This document shows, piece by piece, positions 17,466 through 27,428 of a stretch of 55,918 bases of DNA (position 1 is its first letter; each line of letters starts with the position of its first letter). This stretch comes from a virus (lineage: Duplodnaviria; Caudoviricetes): positions 1 to 55,918 of IMG/VR virus record IMGVR_UViG_3300022926_001762. The stretch is one strand, 5' to 3'. A program made the translations under genes and the position numbers. The notes under the pieces were generated by a model. That model did not search any database. It was not told the origin of the DNA and saw nothing but the letters and a program-made list of their open reading frames with translations.

Positions 17466-18320
17466 ATGGCAAATTTATCATCATTTTTCGGAGACGCAGT
17501 CTCTTCAGGAACATCTTCTGAAATAACAGATGCGTCTAAAATACCTTTTCGAGCTACATTTACACCAAATTATGTTTTGAATGGAAGCAACTCAACCTAT
17601 CACGATGGACAAGATACTTTTTGGAACACTGCTGATTACAATGGTTCTGGAGGAGGCGCATCAAGATTGTTTCAATCAAACTTTGTTCAAGACACTGCTG
17701 GAGTTGCAGATACATGGCTAACCATTACAGACGTCACAAGCAAATCAGGATATTGGTGTTGGGCAACTGGCTTTTCTGGTCATTTAATTTCTGATTGGGG
17801 GACTACTCCTGTACACTCTTCTTTAAGAATAACTATCGATGGCACGGCTTATACTAGAGGTGCTGACTTAATTAGATCTGACTGCAACACTGCATCTAAC
17901 CTAAGCTGGTGCCGTCCTTTTTGGGGGTGGACTGCTGAAAATGATTCGAATATTCAAAATCACTACTATCAAAGTTGGGCTGCTCTATCTGGTCCATCTG
18001 GTAGAATGACTCAACCTATAATTAGGAGTGGCGAGATGTCTAATATGGTTGGAGGAACAACACCATCAAATTTAGGAACACCAGATGTTTTTTATGCTCA
18101 TCAAACTACTTATTTAAAAGGTAGGGACCATTACGAAATGTGGGGTTTGCCAAAAGTTAGGTTTGAAAATAGCTTGAAGGTAGAGGCTAAAATAAGCGTT
18201 CCACACCCTTCAATTGCAGCAGGTACAAACATTGGAGGAGCAACGCCTACCACAAATCAACATTATTATTCTGATCACGCTTATAGCTATCATTATTACG
18301 ATACACCTGTTACGATTTAA
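17466..18320 (+). CDS. Putative virion/receptor-binding protein, paralogue 2
   Basis: Starts MANLSSFFGDA; shares RIT.DG.AYT and P.VR.ENS.KVE with the previous ORF. Confidence 0.6.
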   Translation: MANLSSFFGDAVSSGTSSEITDASKIPFRATFTPNYVLNGSNSTYHDGQDTFWNTADYNGSGGGASRLFQSNFVQDTAGVADTWLTITDVTSKSGYWCWATGFSGHLISDWGTTPVHSSLRITIDGTAYTRGADLIRSDCNTASNLSWCRPFWGWTAENDSNIQNHYYQSWAALSGPSGRMTQPIIRSGEMSNMVGGTTPSNLGTPDVFYAHQTTYLKGRDHYEMWGLPKVRFENSLKVEAKISVPHPSIAAGTNIGGATPTTNQHYYSDHAYSYHYYDTPVTI

Positions 18321-18362
18321 TTTCGTAACTTGTGTAGTGTTATTTTAATTTAATATAATTTT

Positions 18363-19028
18363 ATGAAAGCTAACACTATATATTGGGATAAGTATCATGA
18401 GCATCTTGATTACGGGGTTGAAGATTTCTTTGTTAGTTGTGTAAAGAAAAAGCCATATTGGTTCTCTTCTTTAAAAAAACAGCAAATAAATGTAAATCAG
18501 AACATGAACGTCAAGACTTGTCCTTCATTTATAGATGTTTTCAAAAAAAGCATGTTATACAAGGCGCCTAGTGATCTTGTTTTTTCTATTAGAAATAAAG
18601 CTGTGACCGTTCATACGCCAGATAATTTAAACGATTGGTTTTTGGTTACAAGTCATACAAATAATGAGCATTACAATCAAATGGGTGATGAATGGAATAA
18701 AAATCTTTACAATATAAAATTAAATCCAAGTATAAAGTTTTCTAGCAAAAAACAAATTGATTTGGTTTTTATGGATTCCATTTATTATAATTACAATAAA
18801 GGAATTATGGTGGCTCCAGGGACAATGACAATAAATCCAAAGGTGGTATTGCAGCCAAACTTGAATATGTTTATTGACGTTTCGGAAGATAGAGATGTTT
18901 TAATAAAAGCAGGTGAAGTTATTTCTATGGTCTACTTTCCAGAAGGCATTCCTATTTTTGAAAAGAGAAAAATAATAGACACCCCTAAGAGAAAGTTCAT
19001 TGGAGATTACATTTATAGAACAAAATGA
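18363..19028 (+). CDS. Hypothetical protein (possible dUTPase-like beta fold)
   Basis: VKTCPSFIDVF...APSD...PG...VLIKAGEVI pattern recalled from marine phage proteins. Confidence 0.5.
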   Translation: MKANTIYWDKYHEHLDYGVEDFFVSCVKKKPYWFSSLKKQQINVNQNMNVKTCPSFIDVFKKSMLYKAPSDLVFSIRNKAVTVHTPDNLNDWFLVTSHTNNEHYNQMGDEWNKNLYNIKLNPSIKFSSKKQIDLVFMDSIYYNYNKGIMVAPGTMTINPKVVLQPNLNMFIDVSEDRDVLIKAGEVISMVYFPEGIPIFEKRKIIDTPKRKFIGDYIYRTK

Positions 19029-19243
19029 AACACATTAGAAAAATATCTGTAGGAGCAAACTACAAGGATGCTATGCATTATATGATCGACCAGCAAGTTA
19101 TGGGGGGCGATTGGACAATACACGCTGTTACACAAGACGATCTTAGCTATAATGTATGGATACAAAAAGGCGATGAAATTAAAAAATGGAAAGAATTCAA
19201 TAAGAATATGCCTATAACAATCGAATATAATGTCAACTTTTAA
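19025..19243 (+). CDS. Small conserved phage protein
   Basis: IRKISVG.NYK.AMHY; ATGA overlap with the upstream gene. Confidence 0.7.
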   Translation: MKHIRKISVGANYKDAMHYMIDQQVMGGDWTIHAVTQDDLSYNVWIQKGDEIKKWKEFNKNMPITIEYNVNF

Positions 19244-19790
19244 TCCATTACGAAAGTTTTTAATTACACCTAGCGGAAACTCAGAATACAATAGAGAAAA
19301 AAAAGGAGTAATAGTAACTTCTTCTATAGAAAATCACAAAGACGTAAACCGAATTGGTAGGGTTGAAAATGTTCCTATAGACTATGACGGAGAGATATCT
19401 ATTGGAGATCTAGTTGTTATTCACCATAACGTCTTCAGATCTTACTACGACATGAAGGGTTATGAGAGAAAAAGTAGGGAGTATTTCAAAGATAATCTGT
19501 ATCTTGTAGATTTAAACCAAATATATCTTGTTAAGAAAAATAATAACTGGAATAGTTTTGATCATTTTTGTTTTGTCACTCCGAAGAAGGAGGCGCAAAA
19601 AATGGTTACGCTAGGAGATTATGAATCTAACCAGGGCTTTGTGTCTTATTCAAATAAAGACTTAGAGGCTAGAGGGATAAGCGAGGGAGATGAAATCGTG
19701 TTTGTTGATGATAGTGAATACGAATTTGAGATAGACGAAGTAAAGATGTATCGAATGAAGACTAATGATATTTGTATTAAATTAAATTAA
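19230..19790 (+). CDS. Tandem GroES-like domain protein (second co-chaperonin-like gene)
   Basis: Two units: FLITP..GVIV...GRV..VP....ISIGDLVVI and CFVTP...G.V.YS.....GISEGDEIVF...YRMKTNDI. Confidence 0.65.
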   Translation: MSTFNPLRKFLITPSGNSEYNREKKGVIVTSSIENHKDVNRIGRVENVPIDYDGEISIGDLVVIHHNVFRSYYDMKGYERKSREYFKDNLYLVDLNQIYLVKKNNNWNSFDHFCFVTPKKEAQKMVTLGDYESNQGFVSYSNKDLEARGISEGDEIVFVDDSEYEFEIDEVKMYRMKTNDICIKLN

Positions 19791-19849
19791 AATGGATAAA
19801 GATTACTGGTACGCTACAACTACGTTCTCAGGAGGCTTTGAGTACACTT

Positions 19850-20143
19850 ATGTCAAAAGATATTAAAGAAACCATAGAAAGAGTCATTGCTGCTGGAGAA
19901 AAGGCGGTAGAAGAGCTTATTAAGGTTGCTCATGACGAAATCATTACTGACGATCCAGAACAGGATTTGGCTGCGGACAGACTTAAAAATGCAGCTGCAA
20001 CTAAGAAGCTAGCGATCTTTGATGCTTTTGAAATACTGAATAGAATTCAATTAGAGAGAGATAAGTTAGAGAATAATGATGAATCACAAGACAAAAAAGA
20101 CGTCGGATTCCAGAGCTTTGCAGAGTCTAGAGGAAGAAAATAA
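19850..20143 (+). CDS. terS: Putative terminase small subunit
   Basis: About 97-aa helical protein immediately upstream of and overlapping terL; ATG at 19850 preferred to TTG at 19838. Confidence 0.55.
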   Translation: MSKDIKETIERVIAAGEKAVEELIKVAHDEIITDDPEQDLAADRLKNAAATKKLAIFDAFEILNRIQLERDKLENNDESQDKKDVGFQSFAESRGRK

Positions 20144-22367
20144 CAATCTATTTACGTATATAGATGTTGTTTCTGAAGAGGATTTAAGCAGAAGGAATAA
20201 AGAGAAATCGTGGGATTATGGCTATGATCGAGAATCTGATCTAGTAGTTATTTCTAAGACTGGTCAAATTGGTAGGGTAATTAATATAAACGGATTAAAA
20301 ATTGCATTACCTTTGCAGCCAAAAAAAATCCATGAGCGAAGCAAGGAAAAATCCCAGCAATTCTGGGAAGAAGCAGAGTACCCAAATCAACTATTCAAAA
20401 TCAAGACCATATTCCAGTGGAATAGCATGCCGTCCTCATTCAAAGAGTCATGGATTCCTTACATTGAAGATGAGTTCGAGAGAAGAGAGAGTGGTTATTG
20501 GTTTAAAAATAATGGCACACCTACTTATATTACTGGCAGCCATTACATGTATCTACAATGGACAAAGATAGATGTAGGTAAACCCGACTTCAGGGAATCA
20601 AATAGGATATTCTTTATTTACTGGGAGGCATGTAAAGCTGATCAAAGATGCTATGGATTATGTTATCTAAAAAACAGGCGTTCAGGTTTTAGTTTTATGG
20701 CTTCTGGAGAGACCGTAAATCAAGCAACGGTTACGTCTGATGCTAGGTTTGGTATTTTATCAAAAACTGGATCTGACGCTAAGAAGATGTTTACCGACAA
20801 GGTTGTGCCAATATCAACAAACTATCCTTTTTTCTTTAAACCCATACAGGATGGTATGGACAGACCGAAGACTGAGCTCGCATACAGAGTTCCAGCCAGT
20901 AAGCTAACAAGAAAAAGCATCGAGGATATAGACAGCGTAGAGGATTTGACTGGTCTTGACACTACAATTGACTGGAAAAACACAGGAGATAACAGTTATG
21001 ATGGAGAGAAGTTAAGGCTTTTGGTTCATGATGAATCTGGTAAATGGGAAAGACCTGATAATATACTCAATAACTGGCGTGTAACAAAAACCACTTTAAG
21101 ACTAGGAAGGCGAGTTATTGGAAAGTGCATGATGGGATCTACCTCTAACGCTTTAGATAAGGGTGGAGACAACTTCAAGAAGTTATTTTACGATTCTGAT
21201 CCTCAAAACAGAAACTCAAACGGACAAACAAAAAGTGGATTATACTCTTTGTTCATACCAATGGAGTGGAACATGGAAGGTTTTTTAGACTGCTTTGGAC
21301 ATCCAGTATTTAAAACCCCAGAAGAACCCGTTGTAGACGTAAATGGCGAGAACATATTTCAGGGGGTTATTGATTATTGGGAAAATGAAGTTGATTCATT
21401 AAAGAACGATCCTGATGCCTTAAATGAGTTTTATAGACAATTTCCTAGGTCAGAAAATCATGCTTTCAGAGATGAATCAAAAAACAGCTTGTTCAATCTA
21501 CAGAAAATATACGAGCAAATAGATTATAACGATACTATTGGAGTAGAATCCCTAGTAATGAAGGGTGATTTTCATTGGGAAAATGGAGTTCGTGATAGCA
21601 ATGTTGTTTGGACTCCATCTAGAAACGGAAAGTTTCATGTAACCTGGCTTCCTCCAAAAGAGCTTAGAAATAACGTTATTCGTGAAAACGACACCTTTGC
21701 TCCAGGAAACGCACACATTGGCGGTTTTGGATGTGATTCGTATGACATCTCAGGCGTAGTTGGTGGTTTTGGATCAAAAGGAGCTTTGCACGGTCTAACT
21801 AAAATTAACTTTGATAACGCTCCTTCGGAGATGTTTTTCTTAGAGTATGTAGCTAGACCTCAGACAGCTGAGCTTTTTTATGAAGATGTTTTGATGGCTA
21901 TACATTTCTACGGAATGCCTATTCTCGTGGAGAACAACAAGCCAAGGATATTATATTATCTTAAAGAGAGAGGATATAGGAAGTTCTCGACTAACAGACC
22001 AGATAAAATAAAAAACGACTTATCGAAAACAGAAAAAGAACTAGGAGGAATACCTTCCTCTTCTGCCGTCATATCTATACACGCAGAGGCTATAGAAGCT
22101 TACATAGAGAAAAACGTTGGAGTAGATGTTCTTGGGTCCTATAGAGATCCTGGATCAATGGGTAAGGTTTATTTTATGAGAACATTAAAAGATTGGTCTA
22201 ACTACAACATATTTAACAGAACAAAATACGATGCAACTGTAAGCTCTGGCTTGGCTATAATGGCTAATCAGAGGTTTGTAAACAAGCCTGTGAAAAAGCA
22301 TAACAAAATAAGTGTTAAATTTGCAAAGTACAATAATACAGGCTTGAATAGTGAAATTTTAGGATAA
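20076..22367 (+). CDS. terL: Terminase large subunit
   Basis: Walker A KNRRSGFS, Walker B LLVHDESGK, motif III MGST, RNase H-like GFGCDSYD and ILVENN. Confidence 0.93.
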   Translation: MMNHKTKKTSDSRALQSLEEENNNLFTYIDVVSEEDLSRRNKEKSWDYGYDRESDLVVISKTGQIGRVININGLKIALPLQPKKIHERSKEKSQQFWEEAEYPNQLFKIKTIFQWNSMPSSFKESWIPYIEDEFERRESGYWFKNNGTPTYITGSHYMYLQWTKIDVGKPDFRESNRIFFIYWEACKADQRCYGLCYLKNRRSGFSFMASGETVNQATVTSDARFGILSKTGSDAKKMFTDKVVPISTNYPFFFKPIQDGMDRPKTELAYRVPASKLTRKSIEDIDSVEDLTGLDTTIDWKNTGDNSYDGEKLRLLVHDESGKWERPDNILNNWRVTKTTLRLGRRVIGKCMMGSTSNALDKGGDNFKKLFYDSDPQNRNSNGQTKSGLYSLFIPMEWNMEGFLDCFGHPVFKTPEEPVVDVNGENIFQGVIDYWENEVDSLKNDPDALNEFYRQFPRSENHAFRDESKNSLFNLQKIYEQIDYNDTIGVESLVMKGDFHWENGVRDSNVVWTPSRNGKFHVTWLPPKELRNNVIRENDTFAPGNAHIGGFGCDSYDISGVVGGFGSKGALHGLTKINFDNAPSEMFFLEYVARPQTAELFYEDVLMAIHFYGMPILVENNKPRILYYLKERGYRKFSTNRPDKIKNDLSKTEKELGGIPSSSAVISIHAEAIEAYIEKNVGVDVLGSYRDPGSMGKVYFMRTLKDWSNYNIFNRTKYDATVSSGLAIMANQRFVNKPVKKHNKISVKFAKYNNTGLNSEILG
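22316..22323 (+). promoter_or_regulatory. -7 promoter box within the terL 3' end, upstream of portal
   Basis: TAAATTTG about 50 nt upstream of the portal ATG. Confidence 0.45.
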
Positions 22368-22372
22368 CCAGC

Positions 22373-24793
22373 ATGTTAAGAAACGATTTTAAAGTAGCAA
22401 ACATTTCTTTTCCAGATCAGCTGGCTGCTGATGCTCAGAAAGAATCTAAGGAATTTGGTCTTACAGTTGGTAAGGCAATTGAGTCTGAATGGTTCAGGAA
22501 GGACAATGGAGCTGCTAGATTCTATAACAACAGGGATAATTTCCATAAGCTTAGAATGTATGCTAGAGGAGAGCAATCTGTTCAAAAATACAAGAATGAG
22601 CTTGCTATAAATGGAGATACATCATATCTCAATTTAGATTGGACTCCAGTTCCTATTATTCCTAAGTTTGTAGATATTGTTGTCAATGGAATGACAAATA
22701 GACTTTTCGATATAAAAGTCGAGGCTGTAGATGATCTTGCTCAAGGAAGAAGAGTTAACTACAGAGAAGAGATCGAAAAGGATATGCTAGCAAAACCAAT
22801 GCTTGAGGAGATATCTTCTAAAACTGGTGTAAATGGATTCGTAAATGATCCTGCAACTTTACCAGAATCAGAGGAAGAGTTAGAGCTTCACATGAAGCTT
22901 TCCTATAAGCAGAGAATAGAAGTAGCCGAAGAAAAAGCCTTAGAGGGTATATTAAATATAAACGACTACGAGCTAATAAGAAAAAGATTAAATGAAGATG
23001 CAACTGTATTAGGTATACAGTCTGTAAAGCACACATTCAACACTCACGACGGAATCAAGGTAGAATATGTAGATCCAACAAATATAGTTTTTAGTCCTAC
23101 TGAAGATCCTAATTTTGATGACTGCTATTATTTTGGAGAGGTCAAGAATGTAAACATTACTGAGTTAAAAAAGATAGACCCTTCTCTTTCTCAAGAAGAC
23201 ATTAAGGAGATATCGAAACTTAGTTCTAAATGGGATGCTTATCAAGGAATAAGAGGCGGATACAAAACCGACAACTTTGATCAGAATACCGCAACTCTAC
23301 TTTATTTCTGTTACAAAACAGACAAAGAGATAGTATATAAGGTGAAAGAAACTCCTGTTGGCGGAAAAAGAGCTATTAGAAAAGACGATAGCTTTAATCC
23401 TCCGCAAAATGAGCAGGTTAAATTTGAAAAACGATCAAAAAGAATAGATGTATGGTACGAAGGTGTACTTGTTCTCGGAACAAATTTTGTCCTGAAGTGG
23501 GACTTGATGAAAAACATGGTTCGACCAAAGTCGGGGATTCAGAAAGTTTACCCTCCGTACATTGTAAGTGCTCCAAAAATTTACAGGGGTCAGATCGACT
23601 CTCTAGTGAAGAGAATGATTCCGTTTGCGGATCAGATACAACTATCTCACCTTAAACTACAGCAAGTCATTTCCAAAATGATTCCTGATGGGGTTTATTT
23701 GGATTTAGACGGAATAGCAAGTGTTGATCTTGGTAACGGAGCTGTTTACAACCCTAATGAAGCTTTAAACATGTATTTCCAGACTGGAAGTGTTGTAGGA
23801 AGAAGCTTTACTGAGGATGGAGAGTATAATAATGCAAAAATACCAGTTCAAGAACTTACTAGCACTGGCTCAAACGCAAAAATACAATCTTTAGTTAGCA
23901 TGTATAATCATTACATGCAAATGATTAGAGACGTCACTGGAATCAATGAGGCTAGAGATGGATCAATGCCAAGCGAGAGAACTCTTGTTGGAGTTCAAAA
24001 ACTAGCTGCTTTAAACTCAAATACAGCGACTAGACATATATTAGAGTCTGGATTGGCTGTTACTTCTAAATTAGCCACAGCTCTATCTTATAGATTTTCT
24101 GATTTACTGGAATATAGCGAGATGAAAGATAGCTTTAGTTCTATCATCGGAAAAAACGCCATGAATATACTAGAGGATATAAAAGACCTTCATATTCATG
24201 ACTTTGGCATCGAAATAGAATTACATCCAGATGAAGAAGAAAAGAATGTTCTAGAGTCTATGATTCAAATTGCATTGCAAGGAGACAAAATAGACTTAGA
24301 GGATGCTATAGATATTAGAAACGTAAGAAACATCAAGCTAGCCAACGCTTTATTAAAAGTTAGAAAAACAAGAAAAGAGCAGGATGACTTGAAGATCAAG
24401 CAAGCTAATATAGATATGCAGACTCAATCTAATGTTCAATCAGCCGAAGCTGCATCACAATCAGCTATTAAGGAGATGCAATTTAAGTATCAAAACGAAA
24501 TGGAGTTTGAGAAAGGCAAATCTATGCTTGAGATACAAAGAATGGAAAAGCAAGCTGAGTTAGATCTGATGATTTTAAAACAAAAGCTACAATTTGACCA
24601 GCAATTAAAGCAGATTGAGCAAGAGGGAATATCCTCTAGGGATCAGGCTAAAGAAAAGGCAAAAGACGATAGGCTTGACAAACAAAGCACACATCAAGCT
24701 GAATTAATACAGCAAAGAAAACAAGATACTAGCCCAAAAGACTTTATGGGATCTCAAAACACAGATGAGATGATGGACCAAATTATGGGCTAA
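22373..24793 (+). CDS. Portal protein
   Basis: 806 aa after terL; PIIPKFVDIVV, IRDVTGINEARDG and a C-terminal coiled-coil barrel as in P22/crAss-like portals. Confidence 0.9.
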   Translation: MLRNDFKVANISFPDQLAADAQKESKEFGLTVGKAIESEWFRKDNGAARFYNNRDNFHKLRMYARGEQSVQKYKNELAINGDTSYLNLDWTPVPIIPKFVDIVVNGMTNRLFDIKVEAVDDLAQGRRVNYREEIEKDMLAKPMLEEISSKTGVNGFVNDPATLPESEEELELHMKLSYKQRIEVAEEKALEGILNINDYELIRKRLNEDATVLGIQSVKHTFNTHDGIKVEYVDPTNIVFSPTEDPNFDDCYYFGEVKNVNITELKKIDPSLSQEDIKEISKLSSKWDAYQGIRGGYKTDNFDQNTATLLYFCYKTDKEIVYKVKETPVGGKRAIRKDDSFNPPQNEQVKFEKRSKRIDVWYEGVLVLGTNFVLKWDLMKNMVRPKSGIQKVYPPYIVSAPKIYRGQIDSLVKRMIPFADQIQLSHLKLQQVISKMIPDGVYLDLDGIASVDLGNGAVYNPNEALNMYFQTGSVVGRSFTEDGEYNNAKIPVQELTSTGSNAKIQSLVSMYNHYMQMIRDVTGINEARDGSMPSERTLVGVQKLAALNSNTATRHILESGLAVTSKLATALSYRFSDLLEYSEMKDSFSSIIGKNAMNILEDIKDLHIHDFGIEIELHPDEEEKNVLESMIQIALQGDKIDLEDAIDIRNVRNIKLANALLKVRKTRKEQDDLKIKQANIDMQTQSNVQSAEAASQSAIKEMQFKYQNEMEFEKGKSMLEIQRMEKQAELDLMILKQKLQFDQQLKQIEQEGISSRDQAKEKAKDDRLDKQSTHQAELIQQRKQDTSPKDFMGSQNTDEMMDQIMG

Positions 24794-24815
24794 TATACCA
24801 TAAGGTATTTATAAT

Positions 24816-24823
24816 TATTTTTG
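24816..24823 (+). promoter_or_regulatory. Bacteroidota -7 promoter box
   Basis: TATTTTTG upstream of the scaffold-capsid genes. Confidence 0.55.
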
Positions 24824-24854
24824 CAACAATATAGTTTAATTAAAATCAAATAAA

Positions 24855-25979
24855 ATGGCAGAATTTACAGTTAAGTCCGTTGGGGATGAAGAACCTTCAG
24901 ACCAAAAAATAACTAAAGAGCCACAAGAGAACAAGATCGACCTGAGAGTATCGGGCAATGATGATCAAGTTCAAGAGGAGCAAGTCTCTGAGGTGGTAGA
25001 AGAAATAGTTAAAGAAGAATTGCCTGTTGATACCGTGCAGGAGTCGCAAGACGAATTATCGGGTATAGAAGATCGAGAAAAGGCTATTGAGTATTTGAAT
25101 GAAAAATACAATTTAGGCTTGAAGGAAGATCAAGACGTTCAGGAAAATAGCGGAAATGTAGAGCTTACACCAGAATTAGAAGCTCTTTTGAAGTATCAAA
25201 AAGAGACTGGTAGAGGTCTAGGAGATTATTTAGAGCTTAGCAAGGATTATAAGTCAATGGACGAGAATGAATTGCTTAGAAACTATTTAAAACAAACTAA
25301 GCCTCATTATGACGATGACGACATAAGGTATCACATAGAGAGTAATTTTCTCTCTACTGATGATGATAGTGAACAGGAGTCACGTTCTAAGAAGCTTAAA
25401 TATAAAGAAGAACTGTATAATGCTAGAGAGCATTTTGAAACTCAGAAAGAGAAATACTATCAGCCACTTGAGTCAAGTGCAGCAGATGTCCCTAAAGAGT
25501 ATCAGGAAGCCTTTAGTTTTTATAGTGATTATACAAAGGACATCGAAAGACAAGATCTAGAAATTAAGAAAAGAGGAGAGTTTTTTCAAAATGAAACTGA
25601 TAAGTTTTTTGGTCAAACCGAAAGTTTCGAGTTTGACTTAGGCGATCAAAAGGTAGCTTATAAACTTAACGATAAAGATTCATTAAAAAAACAAACTTCT
25701 GACATTAACGGATTTATTAATCGTTTCGTCGACAAAGACGGTTTAATAAAAGATCCTGCTGGATATCATCGTTCAATGGCAATGGCAAATAACCCTGACG
25801 CTTTTGCAAAGCATTTCTACGAAATGGGAAAAGCTGAAGCAGTCGATAATTTAGTTAAAGAAACTAAAAACATCGACATGAGTGTAAAACAAAATGTTGG
25901 AAGCTCAGAAGACGGAAAGGTTAAATTCAGAGCTGTTAATGATGATGGAGGTTCTAAATTGAGAATTAGAAAAAGATAA
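24855..25979 (+). CDS. Putative capsid scaffolding protein
   Basis: Highly acidic helical protein between portal and capsid; basic C-terminal tip KLRIRKR. Confidence 0.7.
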   Translation: MAEFTVKSVGDEEPSDQKITKEPQENKIDLRVSGNDDQVQEEQVSEVVEEIVKEELPVDTVQESQDELSGIEDREKAIEYLNEKYNLGLKEDQDVQENSGNVELTPELEALLKYQKETGRGLGDYLELSKDYKSMDENELLRNYLKQTKPHYDDDDIRYHIESNFLSTDDDSEQESRSKKLKYKEELYNAREHFETQKEKYYQPLESSAADVPKEYQEAFSFYSDYTKDIERQDLEIKKRGEFFQNETDKFFGQTESFEFDLGDQKVAYKLNDKDSLKKQTSDINGFINRFVDKDGLIKDPAGYHRSMAMANNPDAFAKHFYEMGKAEAVDNLVKETKNIDMSVKQNVGSSEDGKVKFRAVNDDGGSKLRIRKR

Positions 25980-26004
25980 AAACAACACCTAAAATTTTTA
26001 AAAA

Positions 26005-27351
26005 ATGGCTGTAACAATGAATCCAACTCCTTCTGGAGTTGCTATAACACCTGCTCCTTCAAAGGCAGTGTTATCAACAAACTACATCACAGATTTTGAT
26101 TTCTTAAATCAATATCTCCCTGATTTATATGAAAAAGAATTTGAGCGCTACGGAAACCGTTCTATCGCATCTTTCTTGCGTTTAGTAGGGGCTGAAGTAC
26201 CTTCAAACTCTGACTTAATCAAATGGTCTGAACAAGGGCGTTTACACGTTATCGTGAAAGCTGCTACTCGTACAGGAGAGACTATCTCTGCAACTGCACA
26301 TAGCTTTAGAGTAAATCAAACAGTTATCATTTCTGACGGAGTGACTACTGCTAAAGCTCTTGTTACTGGTGCAAACGCAGATGATATTACTGTAGCTGCT
26401 TATGGCGGTGCTACTTTAGATGCTGCTGGATTAGCTGGTACAACTGGTTTAACAGTATACGTATATGGTTCTGAATTCAAAAAAGGAACTAACGGAATGT
26501 CTGGCTCATTAGAAGCTAACTCTGACATCTTTGAGAATAGCCCAATTATTATCAAAGACAAGTATGAGGTAGCTGGTTCTGACATGGCTCAAATCGGATG
26601 GATTGAAGTAACTACTGAAAACGGAGCTACTGGATATTTATGGTATTTGAAGTCTGAGCACGAAACTCGTTTACGTTTCGAAGATTACTTAGAAACCTCT
26701 ATGGTTGAAGGAGAACTTGCTGCTTCTGGATCTGCTGCTAAAACAGCTGGATACAAAGGTACAGAAGGTCTTTTCTCTGCTATTGAGTCTCGTGGTAACA
26801 TTGCTTCTGGATCTATTTCAGAGAAGACTGACGTAGAAGCTATCGTAAAGGTTCTTGATAAGCAAGGAGCTATTCAAGAGAACGTAATGTTCGTTAACAG
26901 AGCTAAATCTTTCGAGATTGACAATATGTTAGCTGGATTGAACACTTACGGAACTTCTGGAGCTGCTTCTTTCGGTTTATTCGATAATGACAAAGACATG
27001 GCTCTTGAGCTTGGATTCTCTGGATTCAATATCGGATACGACTTTTACAAGTCTGACTGGAAATACTTAAACGATGCTACGACTCGTGGAGCTATCGAAG
27101 ATATCGATGGTGTAGTAGTACCAGCTGGTACAACTACTATCTATGACCAAGTTCTAGGGAAAAACGCTAAGCGTCCTTTCTTACACGTACGTTATAGAAA
27201 ATCTGAAGCAGAAGACAGAAAGTACAAAACTTGGACTTTAGGTTCTGCTGGAGGAGCTAGCACTAGCGATCTTGATGCAATGCAAGTACACTTCTTGAGT
27301 GAGCGTGCACTTTGTGTTATGGGAGCTAACAACTTCGTATTATTGAAGTAA
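26005..27351 (+). CDS. Major capsid protein
   Basis: 448 aa; position after the scaffold; strongly biased codons (GCT, TCT, CGT, TTC); IKWSEQGRLH, GTEGLF and HFLSERALCVMGAN; followed by a terminator. Confidence 0.88.
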   Translation: MAVTMNPTPSGVAITPAPSKAVLSTNYITDFDFLNQYLPDLYEKEFERYGNRSIASFLRLVGAEVPSNSDLIKWSEQGRLHVIVKAATRTGETISATAHSFRVNQTVIISDGVTTAKALVTGANADDITVAAYGGATLDAAGLAGTTGLTVYVYGSEFKKGTNGMSGSLEANSDIFENSPIIIKDKYEVAGSDMAQIGWIEVTTENGATGYLWYLKSEHETRLRFEDYLETSMVEGELAASGSAAKTAGYKGTEGLFSAIESRGNIASGSISEKTDVEAIVKVLDKQGAIQENVMFVNRAKSFEIDNMLAGLNTYGTSGAASFGLFDNDKDMALELGFSGFNIGYDFYKSDWKYLNDATTRGAIEDIDGVVVPAGTTTIYDQVLGKNAKRPFLHVRYRKSEAEDRKYKTWTLGSAGGASTSDLDAMQVHFLSERALCVMGANNFVLLK

Positions 27352-27359
27352 TATTTATT

Positions 27360-27406
27360 GTAGGAATTACCCTCGTTTTAATTACGGGGGTAACTCTTAC
27401 CTTTTA
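27360..27406 (+). terminator. Rho-independent terminator after the capsid gene
   Basis: Stem GTAGGAATTACCCTCGT / ACGGGGGTAACTCTTAC followed by CTTTTA. Confidence 0.7.
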
Positions 27407-27428
27407 ATCTAATTTAATTTTAATTATA

